In this document: piece by piece, positions 1 to 8,456 of the stretch
How the letters are laid out: each line of letters starts with the position of its first letter
Position numbering within the stretch: the stretch's first letter is position 1
From: Candidatus Heimdallarchaeota archaeon
GTDB taxonomy: Archaea; Asgardarchaeota; Heimdallarchaeia; Heimdallarchaeales; Heimdallarchaeaceae
Direction: 5' to 3'
NCBI GenBank assembly: GCA_016839945.1
Contig: JAEOTE010000114.1
Location: 1-32,564 of the forward strand
Length of the DNA: 32,564 nucleotides
Notes under the pieces: model-generated
Databases searched by the model: none
What the model was told of the DNA's origin: nothing
The model's input: only the letters and a program-made list of their open reading frames with translations
Position numbers and translations under genes: made by a program

Positions 1-2
1 AC

Positions 3-437
3 CATATAGGTATATCAAATTTCACAATTAAAATGCTAGATGAAGCTCAAGAAGCTTGCGATAAACCAATTCTTGCAAACCAAATCGAACATCATCCATA
101 TCTTAAACAGAAGCAATTATTAGAGCATCATAAAAAGAAAGGAGTTCATGTAGTTTCATATTCTCCTTTAGCAAGAGGACAAGCACTTAATGATAAAGTG
201 ATTGAGTATATTGCTAAAAAGAATGAGATGAGTGTAGCTCAAGTGTGTTTAGGTTGGGTAATTAGTAAAGGAGCTATTCCAATTCCTAAAGCAACTAGTT
301 TGGAACACATACAAGATAATTTTGGTGCAAAGGATAAACAAATTCCTTCTGAGGATTTAGAAAAAATAGATGAAATTCAAATCAAAAAAAGAATGGTTCA
401 CCCAATAGTTGTTGCTCCTAAAGAATGGAAAAAATGA
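3..437 (+). CDS. Aldo/keto reductase, C-terminal part (5' end lies outside the window)
   Basis: The frame is open from base 3 (HIGISNFTIKM...). It has the AKR motifs GISNF, NQIEHHPY, SYSPLARG and PIPKATSLEHIQDNF. Confidence 0.93.
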   Translation, partial: HIGISNFTIKMLDEAQEACDKPILANQIEHHPYLKQKQLLEHHKKKGVHVVSYSPLARGQALNDKVIEYIAKKNEMSVAQVCLGWVISKGAIPIPKATSLEHIQDNFGAKDKQIPSEDLEKIDEIQIKKRMVHPIVVAPKEWKK

Positions 438-470
438 ATTTCAAAAAAGAGAAAAAAAGAAAAAAGAAAT
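438..470 (-). terminator. Oligo-U tracts, a likely archaeal intrinsic terminator for the 481..1848 gene
   Basis: A-runs on the + strand (aaaaaagagaaaaaaagaaaaaagaaa) between convergent genes read as T-tracts on the minus strand. Confidence 0.45.
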
Positions 471-480
471 GAATTAGATT

Positions 481-1848
481 TTAAGTTATGCTCATATCTA
501 ACGCTAGGAAGTCATAGAATTCATCAACAGATGAGTAAATTGGACTTAGAGGATATCCATACTTAGGATATATCCAGAAGTTTGAATTTTCAATCGCCAT
601 TGTTCCATAACCACCTATCATGAGATATAGTATATCGGTATCTAGTACTGGAAATTCAGCTTTTGCTATTTTGAATTCAAATTGTCTATGATCTTCTATG
701 CAATTTTCACTTGGACCATAAGAATATGCTATACTATAGTTTCCTGTTGCAATTGTGTTGCCTAGCACTGTAGCCATATCTTGTGCTGTTAATTTTAGTG
801 CAATTTTATCAAATTGAATTTCGTATGGATTAAAATCAAATCCATCTGCATCATTCCACCCACGAAGGGAGAAATAAAACATACCAGTAGAGACATTGAT
901 ATTGAGATGATTAAGATCTACAAATCTAATTGAATAGACATCTGCTGCAAAATCCACGGTTGTTTCAGCCATCACGTAGCTCCAATCACTTATATTTCCA
1001 GGCATTCCTCCATGTTGATCTACTGCGAAGTAGAATGAAGTTGGAATACCAAAATGTCCTGCTGCATCTGCAGTTAAATTCGACATTAAGTTAAGCTCTA
1101 GATCCATATCTACTAAACTTGCTAAGAATGTACTAATTTCCTCGTTTGGAAATTTTTTAGTGATATTTACACCAAAATGTAAATCTAGAAAGCTTCCATT
1201 AAGCCAGATATCTACAGGATCGTAAAACCATGAATTTGCTGTTAAATTCTTATCATCATAATCTTTCCATGTATCGTAGAAATCCCCACTAGCATTTCCT
1301 CTATATACTTCATATAGATCTGTTTGAGGTATAATTGGGATATCATAATAGTCTCTAAAACCTATTCCTGGTATATATTCATGTTCGAATACGCTATCAT
1401 CGCTTACATTATAAAATAAGTATTCATATCCAAAGTCTTCCAAAGCAGAGAAGGCTAACTTTGATCCTTCAGCATCAGCTAATTGGTTTGCAAGCTGAAA
1501 GGTTATCCATTCACCTTCTTTATTATTCGTACGATCAGAACATAAGTCAACAGCAATATAGTAGAAATCATCATCTTCAGCAACAGACAGATAATTCCAT
1601 CCATCAACATTTGATTTGTTTTCTGTTAAATCTAAGTCATTGTCTACGTCCAAGTAAAATGGAATGTTGTAGTAACTACTTCTCATCCATTCTTTTTTTT
1701 CAATAACTCCATCAATTACAGGAGTTAATTTCGTTGGAGATTTATCAAACATCCAATCATTTGCCCAAAACCACCCTACAAAAAATGCTCCGCCTGCGAG
1801 AATTAATACTAGGATGATTGCAAAAAATTTTGTTACGCCACTCGCCAT
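481..1848 (-). CDS. Membrane-anchored extracellular protein with a DOMON/CBM9-like domain
   Basis: Probable start is ATG 1848 (MASGVTK). It has an N-terminal hydrophobic anchor, TPVIDG..EW, YLSVAEDDDFYYIAVD and DHRQFEFKI motifs, an acidic composition and several N-x-S/T sequons. Confidence 0.6.
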   Translation of the reverse strand: MASGVTKFFAIILVLILAGGAFFVGWFWANDWMFDKSPTKLTPVIDGVIEKKEWMRSSYYNIPFYLDVDNDLDLTENKSNVDGWNYLSVAEDDDFYYIAVDLCSDRTNNKEGEWITFQLANQLADAEGSKLAFSALEDFGYEYLFYNVSDDSVFEHEYIPGIGFRDYYDIPIIPQTDLYEVYRGNASGDFYDTWKDYDDKNLTANSWFYDPVDIWLNGSFLDLHFGVNITKKFPNEEISTFLASLVDMDLELNLMSNLTADAAGHFGIPTSFYFAVDQHGGMPGNISDWSYVMAETTVDFAADVYSIRFVDLNHLNINVSTGMFYFSLRGWNDADGFDFNPYEIQFDKIALKLTAQDMATVLGNTIATGNYSIAYSYGPSENCIEDHRQFEFKIAKAEFPVLDTDILYLMIGGYGTMAIENSNFWIYPKYGYPLSPIYSSVDEFYDFLALDMSIT

Positions 1849-2000
1849 AATATTCGCCTTTTCTATTTTTTTAAGCAAAGTACTATAATAGTTTAATAAT
1901 ATTTTAATATATCTACGAAATTCAAAATATGTAAATTGCTGTTTTTTTGTTTAAAATAACCAGCAAGATTTTTATGTATGTCATTCTTATTTAATATTTG

Positions 2001-2405
2001 ATGCAAGAAGATCAACCTCCTCCACAATATTATGCACCCCCTCCATTGGATCCTGAAGAATTAAGGAGAAAAAGAAGAAGAAGGATTATCATATTGGTTA
2101 CTATTATTGTTGGTGGTGTTTTAATTATAGGAGGGATTATTTTTGCGATTTTACTTGCCTTTACAGAAGCTTGCTCGAATTGCGCCAATGCCATTTGTAG
2201 TGCTACTTGTGGTGCAGCATGCGATAATTGTGAACAAAGCTGTTCAAATAGTTGTAATAACTGCTTAACTTGTGAGAATTGTTGTACTAATTGTAGTAGT
2301 TCTTCAATCGATGGTGTTAATGCTCAACCCGCAGAATTTGATGTGAAATCCTTCATTAAATATTTCATGGACTATCTATTTGATTGGTTCAATGATTTAT
2401 TCTGA
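2001..2405 (+). CDS. Small single-pass membrane protein with a Pro-rich N-terminus and a Cys-rich domain
   Basis: PPPQYYAPPP, then RRKRRRR, a 26-aa hydrophobic helix, and 13 Cys in 41 residues. ATG at 2001 has a TATA-like tttttat about 25-30 nt upstream. Confidence 0.8.
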   Translation: MQEDQPPPQYYAPPPLDPEELRRKRRRRIIILVTIIVGGVLIIGGIIFAILLAFTEACSNCANAICSATCGAACDNCEQSCSNSCNNCLTCENCCTNCSSSSIDGVNAQPAEFDVKSFIKYFMDYLFDWFNDLF

Positions 2406-3026
2406 AGAGGTTTCCTTCCTAATTTGTGATGAAACCAATTCATTCAATTTCTTGATTTTTATATTAGTATTCTTATCTGGACAACATGGGATTTCAGCTG
2501 TATGTAAAGGACATGTGCTACATTTTCTCTTATTATGTCCTTTACCTCTTATCAAACCATATACTGCAAAACCTGCAAAGAGAAATAAAAACAATATAAT
2601 TTGTAACCACCATAATCTTAAGTAAAATATCAAAGCTAGATATGCACCTAATCCTATACCTGCTGAGCTTCTGAAGAATGTTTTCATTAATTTGGTTGAA
2701 GGTCGTACAACAAAGTGAACAAGAGCTGAAAAACAACTATATAAAAACAATATACCCAGAATTAATGGTATGGTTTTGAAGATACTTGGTATTGTCATAT
2801 AAATTATCAGAGATAGAAAAATAGTAGAATACAAGCTAGTACAACCAACACACAATTTTAGTTTTCCTACATTATAATAATGTTCTTTGTATTGACTGCA
2901 TGTAGGATGGTGTGCAAACCTCTTCCATGCTGTAACTTTCATCATTTCTAAGTATATATGAAAAGGAGTAATTCGAGATAGGTTGATCTCTTCATTCAGA
3001 TAAGGAGATTCTATCTCTTCTGTCAT
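2397..3026 (-). CDS. Multipass membrane protein, DUF2085-like, with Cys/His motifs
   Basis: HHPTC..H...KLCVGC precedes about 4 TM helices, and the C-terminus has CSTCP..PCC. A GGTGA RBS lies 4 nt before the ATG. Confidence 0.6.
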   Translation of the reverse strand: MTEEIESPYLNEEINLSRITPFHIYLEMMKVTAWKRFAHHPTCSQYKEHYYNVGKLKLCVGCTSLYSTIFLSLIIYMTIPSIFKTIPLILGILFLYSCFSALVHFVVRPSTKLMKTFFRSSAGIGLGAYLALIFYLRLWWLQIILFLFLFAGFAVYGLIRGKGHNKRKCSTCPLHTAEIPCCPDKNTNIKIKKLNELVSSQIRKETSSE

Positions 3027-3095
3027 TTAATCACCGATATAATTTAACATAGTTGGTTGAAATATATAATATTTGTCTGAAATCATTGTCAGATG

Positions 3096-3725
3096 CTAGA
3101 TGTCTTTTAACATTGCCCAGTTTGTAATGTTTGTTTCTGGGATTATTCTTTCATCTATTAGCTTGAATCCAAGGTGCTCATAGAGTGCGACATTTCCTTC
3201 AAAATTAGTTTCCAGAAAAACAGGATACTTCTCTCTTTCAATTCTTTCTAACATTGGTTTGATTAACTTACTCCCATAGCCTTTACCTTGATGTTCAGGA
3301 TCTATTCCTATATTTGCTAAATACCAATGAGGTTTTTTGACAAGCTCTTTATGAAGATCAGTTATATGCTTAGTAATTTCTTCTATCTTTCTAATAGGTA
3401 ATACTCTCTCATCTTTCTGCATCGAAAGCATTCTACCCATTTTCAGCGCTCCACTCCTTAAAGAACGCCAAAAACTCATATGTTCTTTATGAGGAGGTAA
3501 CCATTTTGAGGTTCCTTCTATATTGCTTGTAGGTGCATACACTTCACCACATCTAATTCCATCACGTAATAGATATTCCCAAAGAAAGGGAGAATAGGTT
3601 CTTCTTTCTTCTTCATCAGGATATATTAAGCAAATTAGAGGATCATTATGAAAAGCTCTAGTAAGAACTAATGATGCTTTTTTAAGATCTTTCTTAGTAA
3701 GTAAGTATAAATCTTTGATAATCAT
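3096..3725 (-). CDS. GNAT N-acetyltransferase (puromycin N-acetyltransferase-like subgroup)
   Basis: RAFHNDP, HWYLANIGIDPEHQGKGYGSKL (acetyl-CoA motif A) and LET..NVALYEHLGF. Confidence 0.93.
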   Translation of the reverse strand: MIIKDLYLLTKKDLKKASLVLTRAFHNDPLICLIYPDEEERRTYSPFLWEYLLRDGIRCGEVYAPTSNIEGTSKWLPPHKEHMSFWRSLRSGALKMGRMLSMQKDERVLPIRKIEEITKHITDLHKELVKKPHWYLANIGIDPEHQGKGYGSKLIKPMLERIEREKYPVFLETNFEGNVALYEHLGFKLIDERIIPETNITNWAMLKDI

Positions 3726-3841
3726 AAGTATCTAAGTAAAGGATATAGATTTCTATAAAAAAGTGTCTAAGAAGCAATAAAAGGATTGTAAAATCATAAA
3801 AGAAAAGAAAATAGTGAGTATAATATTGTACCTATAATTTA

Positions 3842-4246
3842 TTATTCTTCGTCTTCTTCGTCTTCTTCATCTTCTTCTATTTCTGTTTCTTCAAAAACTT
3901 CTTCAATAATTTCGTTTCTTAGTTCATACATAACTTCATAGGTTTTTTCAACAATCGCTGAAACCAAATCAGCTAGAACTTTTTTAGTTTCTTTTGTTAC
4001 AATTCTTGCCAATTTCTCACCGATAATGAATTTTTGTACTTCAGTCATGTCTTCTGAAATATCTTCAGGTATTGTTTTGGCAACTTTTTTCTTGACAGAG
4101 TTTTGAACTTTTTCTGTTATCATTTTTAATTTATCTTCAGTGATATATTCTCCTAGACCATCTTCAATTTCTTCTTCTATTTCTTCCATAACTTCATCAA
4201 AAATAGTCTTTCCAAGTTCAGATAGTTTTATTTCTTCCTCATTCAT
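3842..4246 (-). CDS. Hypothetical acidic helical protein
   Basis: Glu/Asp-rich ORF ending EEDEEDEEDEE. ATG 4246 is preferred over GTG 4255. Confidence 0.75.
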   Translation of the reverse strand: MNEEEIKLSELGKTIFDEVMEEIEEEIEDGLGEYITEDKLKMITEKVQNSVKKKVAKTIPEDISEDMTEVQKFIIGEKLARIVTKETKKVLADLVSAIVEKTYEVMYELRNEIIEEVFEETEIEEDEEDEEDEE

Positions 4247-4304
4247 ATAAATCACAACGTTGTAAGTTTTGTTTGTATGATATCAATAAAAAAATTATGA
4301 TGAG

Positions 4305-5165
4305 TTAGTATTCTGATAGTTTGTTATAGATGAAGTCTGCAATACCAGCAGAATGAGTAAATTTATTTGTCTTTAAATCAACAATTTCGGAGTTCTTTAT
4401 CAAAGAAGCTATTTTATTTGTAACGATTGTTCTGTGTAATTTATCTTCGCTTTCATCAATCACTAGGACTCTACTTTCTATTCCTGCATAAATATCCCAG
4501 AATTTCTTGAAAGCAAATCTTGTAAGGAATTTTTTCCATTTTTTTGGTACTGCTTCTTCAATTACTCTAATGTATTTAGCAGCTTGAACTTTATCTTCAC
4601 TCTTAAATTTATTAATCCAAAATCTACCAATAGGTGCAAAAGGACGGAAAAGAAATGAGGGGACAATATAAAGCAGATACCTAAAAGGGACAGGCATATC
4701 TACCTTACTCATAGGACCTACTAAAATTGTTAAAAATGGATTGATTTTCTTCTTATACAATGCATCAGCGTTTAATACCGCTCCAAATGAAGAACTGAAA
4801 AAAACTATTTCTTTAGGATCTAATTTTAGAATCTCGGGTACTTCAATTAGATCTGAAGACATTCTATCAAGTGTACCTTTAGATTTCTTTGCTAATTTAC
4901 TAGATTTTTTTTCTCTCGTCTCTATATAATAAATATCAAAGTAGTCTTTTGCTTTCATTAAGAATTCGTCCCACCCCAATACAATAGAACCCCAGCCAGG
5001 AACAACAACTAGCTTAAATGGGCTTTTATCTTTTCCTTCTGCTTTTGTATGAAGAACTAGAATCTGAGAATCATCTGAAACAGTAATCATTTTTTCTTCT
5101 GCAATTTTCTCATATTCAGCTATCATCTTCAAGCGGAAAGCTGATTCATCATGATCTAAAGTCAT
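4305..5165 (-). CDS. Alpha/beta-fold hydrolase
   Basis: VVVPGW oxyanion loop, S-S-S-F-G nucleophile elbow variant, SEDKLH acid and C-terminal FTH. Confidence 0.82.
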   Translation of the reverse strand: MTLDHDESAFRLKMIAEYEKIAEEKMITVSDDSQILVLHTKAEGKDKSPFKLVVVPGWGSIVLGWDEFLMKAKDYFDIYYIETREKKSSKLAKKSKGTLDRMSSDLIEVPEILKLDPKEIVFFSSSFGAVLNADALYKKKINPFLTILVGPMSKVDMPVPFRYLLYIVPSFLFRPFAPIGRFWINKFKSEDKVQAAKYIRVIEEAVPKKWKKFLTRFAFKKFWDIYAGIESRVLVIDESEDKLHRTIVTNKIASLIKNSEIVDLKTNKFTHSAGIADFIYNKLSEY

Positions 5166-5261
5166 AGAGGTTCCTTTCCAGTTATCCTTGAGTAAAAAAG
5201 TTACTTATAAAATTTTATGGTCAAAAGAATGTAAATGAAGTTTAAACCATTATAGATACAA

Positions 5262-5272
5262 CTTTTTATACA
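5262..5272 (+). promoter_or_regulatory. Archaeal TATA box for the AKR gene (probably a leaderless transcript)
   Basis: ctttttataca lies about 25 nt upstream of ATG 5295. Confidence 0.5.
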
Positions 5273-5294
5273 ATAATATTTTCACAGTTATGCT

Positions 5295-6215
5295 ATGGCT
5301 AGAAATACAAACAATAGACTTGAATCAAATGGAGTTAATCTTAGTTCTCTTGGTCTGGGGATAGAGCATTTTGCAAGAGGTGTTAGAAGTTTAAAAGATT
5401 TATCTAGAGATGAGAATTCAAAGTTAATAATCGAGGAAGCCTATAAGTTAGGAATCACACATTTTGATCTAGTCTTCAATCTACCTTATTTCTTCCAAGT
5501 TTTCAAAGAATTTATCAAAGATAAACGAAAGAAGATCACTTTTACAACTCATCTTGGTAGTTATTTTAATGAGAAAGCTAATGGTCATTCAAAAACTCGA
5601 TCTTTAAATATAATTCAATCAACTTATGATGGAATGCTAGAAAGTCTGGATGTTGATTATGCTGATATTGCTTTAATCCAGTTTGTTACTCATAAGGATG
5701 ATTTTGAAGATATTATCAAGAGAGGTATTCTAGATTATGCTCTTCAATTGAAAAAAGAAGGAAAAGCTAAAGCTGTAGGTGTAAGTGCTCATAAACCAGA
5801 TTTGTTAATGAAAATGATAGAAAAAAGAGATTTCGATGTTATAATGTTTCCACTCAACTTTGCAACAGGATCTATGGATTCAACAAAAAGACTATTGAAA
5901 GAATGCAAACAAGAAAACATAGCAGTTATTGGAATTAAGAATCTGCTAAAAGGTAAGGCCTTTAGCACAAAAAGAACCAACTATCCAGCATACTTCTGCG
6001 CTGGGAATAGATTTTCAATAAAATTAGATGTACCAGCTACTCCTGCAGAATGTTTTAATTATGGGTTTGATATGGGAGCTGATACTTTAGTTTTTGGCGT
6101 AAAAACTGTTGATGAGTTAAAAAACAACATGCGATCATATGATGAAGAGAGTATACCTAAAAACTATTCTAAAACTCTCAAACATTTTGAGGAAACTATA
6201 CAATCTTCGCAATAA
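5295..6215 (+). CDS. Aldo/keto reductase family protein (divergent)
   Basis: LSSLGLG, GITHFD, LDVDYADIAL, LKKEGKAKAVGVSAH, FDVIMFPLN and GVKTVDELKNN. Confidence 0.88.
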   Translation: MARNTNNRLESNGVNLSSLGLGIEHFARGVRSLKDLSRDENSKLIIEEAYKLGITHFDLVFNLPYFFQVFKEFIKDKRKKITFTTHLGSYFNEKANGHSKTRSLNIIQSTYDGMLESLDVDYADIALIQFVTHKDDFEDIIKRGILDYALQLKKEGKAKAVGVSAHKPDLLMKMIEKRDFDVIMFPLNFATGSMDSTKRLLKECKQENIAVIGIKNLLKGKAFSTKRTNYPAYFCAGNRFSIKLDVPATPAECFNYGFDMGADTLVFGVKTVDELKNNMRSYDEESIPKNYSKTLKHFEETIQSSQ

Positions 6216-6302
6216 AACAGTATTTTGAAAAAAAAGCATCAAAATGAACAAAAAAAACGGTTCTACCCTAAGGTTTATACATTAGAACACTAGAAAGTGA
6301 TT

Positions 6303-6356
6303 AGAAACGTTAATTCTTTGAATTACAACAAGTAAATTATGAAGAATTCACGTTCT
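6303..6356 (+). promoter_or_regulatory. Stem-loop in the putative 5' leader of the cold-shock gene
   Basis: aacgttaattctt (6306-6318) is complementary to aagaattcacgtt (6342-6354) at 12 of 13 positions. A TATA-like tttata is at 6274-6279. Confidence 0.5.
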
Positions 6357-6383
6357 GTAATAGTATTAAAAGATGTGAAAATA

Positions 6384-6584
6384 TTGAAAGGCGAAGTTAT
6401 TAAGAAAATTGATAACCGCGGATTTGGTTTTCTTAAATCTGAAGAATTGGAAGATGAAATTTTCTTTCATTTCTCTGAATTGAAAGATACAGATTTTGAA
6501 TCTCTAAAAATAGGACAAATAGTTGAATTTGAAATCAAAGACGATCCAAGAGGACCACAAGCTGCAGAAATAAAATTAGCTTAG
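6384..6584 (+). CDS. csp: Cold-shock domain protein
   Basis: RNP1 RGFGFL, RNP2 IFFHFS, and the VEFEI...RGPQA end. TTG 6384 gives the canonical 66-aa MKGEV.. protein; the alternative start is ATG 6339. Confidence 0.93.
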   Translation: MKGEVIKKIDNRGFGFLKSEELEDEIFFHFSELKDTDFESLKIGQIVEFEIKDDPRGPQAAEIKLA

Positions 6585-6627
6585 ATTAATTGAAAAGTTA
6601 AATCTTAATTGTTTAAATCAGTAAATG

Positions 6628-6668
6628 TTTTTCAAGAGATTTTTAACTACTAATTATCTCGTGAAAAA
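6628..6668 (+). terminator. Inverted repeat downstream of csp (3' hairpin), followed by T-tracts
   Basis: tttttcaagagat (6628-6640) pairs with atctcgtgaaaaa (6656-6668) at 12 of 13 positions, with a 15-nt loop. Confidence 0.45.
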
Positions 6669-6799
6669 ATGATGTAGGTTGATAAATTGATTTTTTCTTT
6701 TTATTGATTCTTACACTTTCTTAGTGGGAACTATATAAAAAGATCCTATAATTTTTCTAAAAATACTTATCAAGATTTATGCTCCTAGTTATTTTACAT

Positions 6800-8440
6800 A
6801 TGAAATCTCCAAAAGATAACACAAAAATCAAAAAAAGTGAGAATTCTATTGATTTCAGTCAAAAGCCTAAAAACACAAAATGGAAAAAAATTCAGAAAAG
6901 CCTTCTCGTTTTTGGAATGTTAAATCTTTTGTGGTTTATTTTCAGAACTGGTACAAAACCATCGAGAATTGTATATCCGTGTCAGCGTGCAGCTTTGAAG
7001 AATATTTCAATCAGTTTTGCATCATTAATCCCTGTGTTCTCTCTGTCTATGATCTGGCTTAAACTTAAAACTTTGTTTTCTTTTGGAAGACCTCTCTTTT
7101 TTGTTCTACTAGTTTTTACTCCAATAAGCTCTGGCATCATTTTACAAGTGAATTATTCATATGAAGCAGTTAATTTGGATATTAAAACTATAGAATCAGT
7201 AGCAGGAAATGCATCTGATATTTTTATTGTAAACGGCCCTGAGGTGGCACATGTTAATGATTTAATTGACCTAATGAATTCGTATAATCTTTCTTTTTAT
7301 CAGTCTAATACTGAAGGAGATACTCAAGGACCTGATGGATTAATAGCTTCAGCAGATGTTGTACTACTAAAAGTCAACTGCCAATGGGATAGACGCGGTG
7401 GAACGAACACAGACATGTTGAAAGAGCTCATACAAGCAATTGTAGATCATCCTGATGGATTTAATGGAGAAATAATCGTAGCAGATAATGGTCAAGGTCG
7501 AGGAAGTTTGGATTGGAGTAGTACGAATTCTGAATTTAAGAACCAATCAGCTCAAGATGTTGTGGATATCTTTTCATCATCATTCAAAATTTCTACATAT
7601 TTATGGGATTATATTAATGCAATTGAAGTAGACGAATATTCTTTGGGTGACATTAATGATGGTTACATTCTTTATGATATTGCTGATCCTGAAACAGATA
7701 TTTTTGCATCATATCCTAAATTCCAGACAGATTTCGGGACTAATGTTAGTTTCAAAGAAGGAATCTGGAATGGACTAACCTATGAAAAGAAGTTGAAGGT
7801 GATTAACCTACCAGTTCTCAAATCACATTCAGGTTACGGTGTTACTGCAACTTTAAAGAATTATATGGGTGTTCAAAGTGAAGACCTAGCGAATGGTCAT
7901 AACACAGTTGCAACTGGAGGAATGGGCACTTTAATGGTTGAATGTGGTCTTCCTACTTTGAATATTATTGATGCTATCTGGATAAATGCAAATCCTGAAA
8001 GCTCATTAGCTGAAGGACCTTATACAAGCTATTCTGCAGCAACAAGAGTAGATATGTTGATTGCAGGATTAGATCCGGTTGCATTAGATTATTGGTCAGC
8101 TAAGAATATACTAATGCCAGCAGCTAACTTAACAGGTCATACTGATTGCTTTTCGTTAGATCCAGATAGTTCTGATAGTACTGGACTAAACGAAGCTTTT
8201 GGTGTATGGCTTAACAGAACTCGAGACGAACTTATCAGAGCAGGTTATAATGTTACAACAAATACTCAATACATGAACATTTATGCTAATTCATATACAC
8301 CAGACTTTGAACCAAAAAATAAGAAATACTTGTGGATTAGTATAACAGGAGGATCAATAGCAGGATTGATTCTAGCTGCAGGAATAGTAATGAAAGTAAA
8401 AGGAATAAAAATAAAAGAACTCTTTCGAAAAAAAACCTGA
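6800..8440 (+). CDS. DUF362 domain-containing membrane-anchored protein
   Basis: VVLLKVN, GGTNTD, EIIVADNG, INLPVLKSH.GYGVTATLKNYMG, LNIIDA and DPVALDY. It has hydrophobic segments at both termini and an N-terminal KPSRIVYPCQRAA motif. The start is ATG 6800 or 6779. Confidence 0.85.
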   Translation: MKSPKDNTKIKKSENSIDFSQKPKNTKWKKIQKSLLVFGMLNLLWFIFRTGTKPSRIVYPCQRAALKNISISFASLIPVFSLSMIWLKLKTLFSFGRPLFFVLLVFTPISSGIILQVNYSYEAVNLDIKTIESVAGNASDIFIVNGPEVAHVNDLIDLMNSYNLSFYQSNTEGDTQGPDGLIASADVVLLKVNCQWDRRGGTNTDMLKELIQAIVDHPDGFNGEIIVADNGQGRGSLDWSSTNSEFKNQSAQDVVDIFSSSFKISTYLWDYINAIEVDEYSLGDINDGYILYDIADPETDIFASYPKFQTDFGTNVSFKEGIWNGLTYEKKLKVINLPVLKSHSGYGVTATLKNYMGVQSEDLANGHNTVATGGMGTLMVECGLPTLNIIDAIWINANPESSLAEGPYTSYSAATRVDMLIAGLDPVALDYWSAKNILMPAANLTGHTDCFSLDPDSSDSTGLNEAFGVWLNRTRDELIRAGYNVTTNTQYMNIYANSYTPDFEPKNKKYLWISITGGSIAGLILAAGIVMKVKGIKIKELFRKKT

Positions 8441-8456
8441 AAAAAGAAAGATGTTG

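Noticed and set aside
2172-2294. Cys/Ser/Thr-rich segment as a RiPP precursor processed by the SagB-like enzyme
   Set aside because: SagB is about 17 kb away, the window has no YcaO, radical SAM or transporter, and the segment follows a TM helix. Standalone SagB-like nitroreductases are common.
6628-6668. SECIS element
   Set aside because: I saw no in-frame UGA-interrupted gene nearby and no clear SECIS core.
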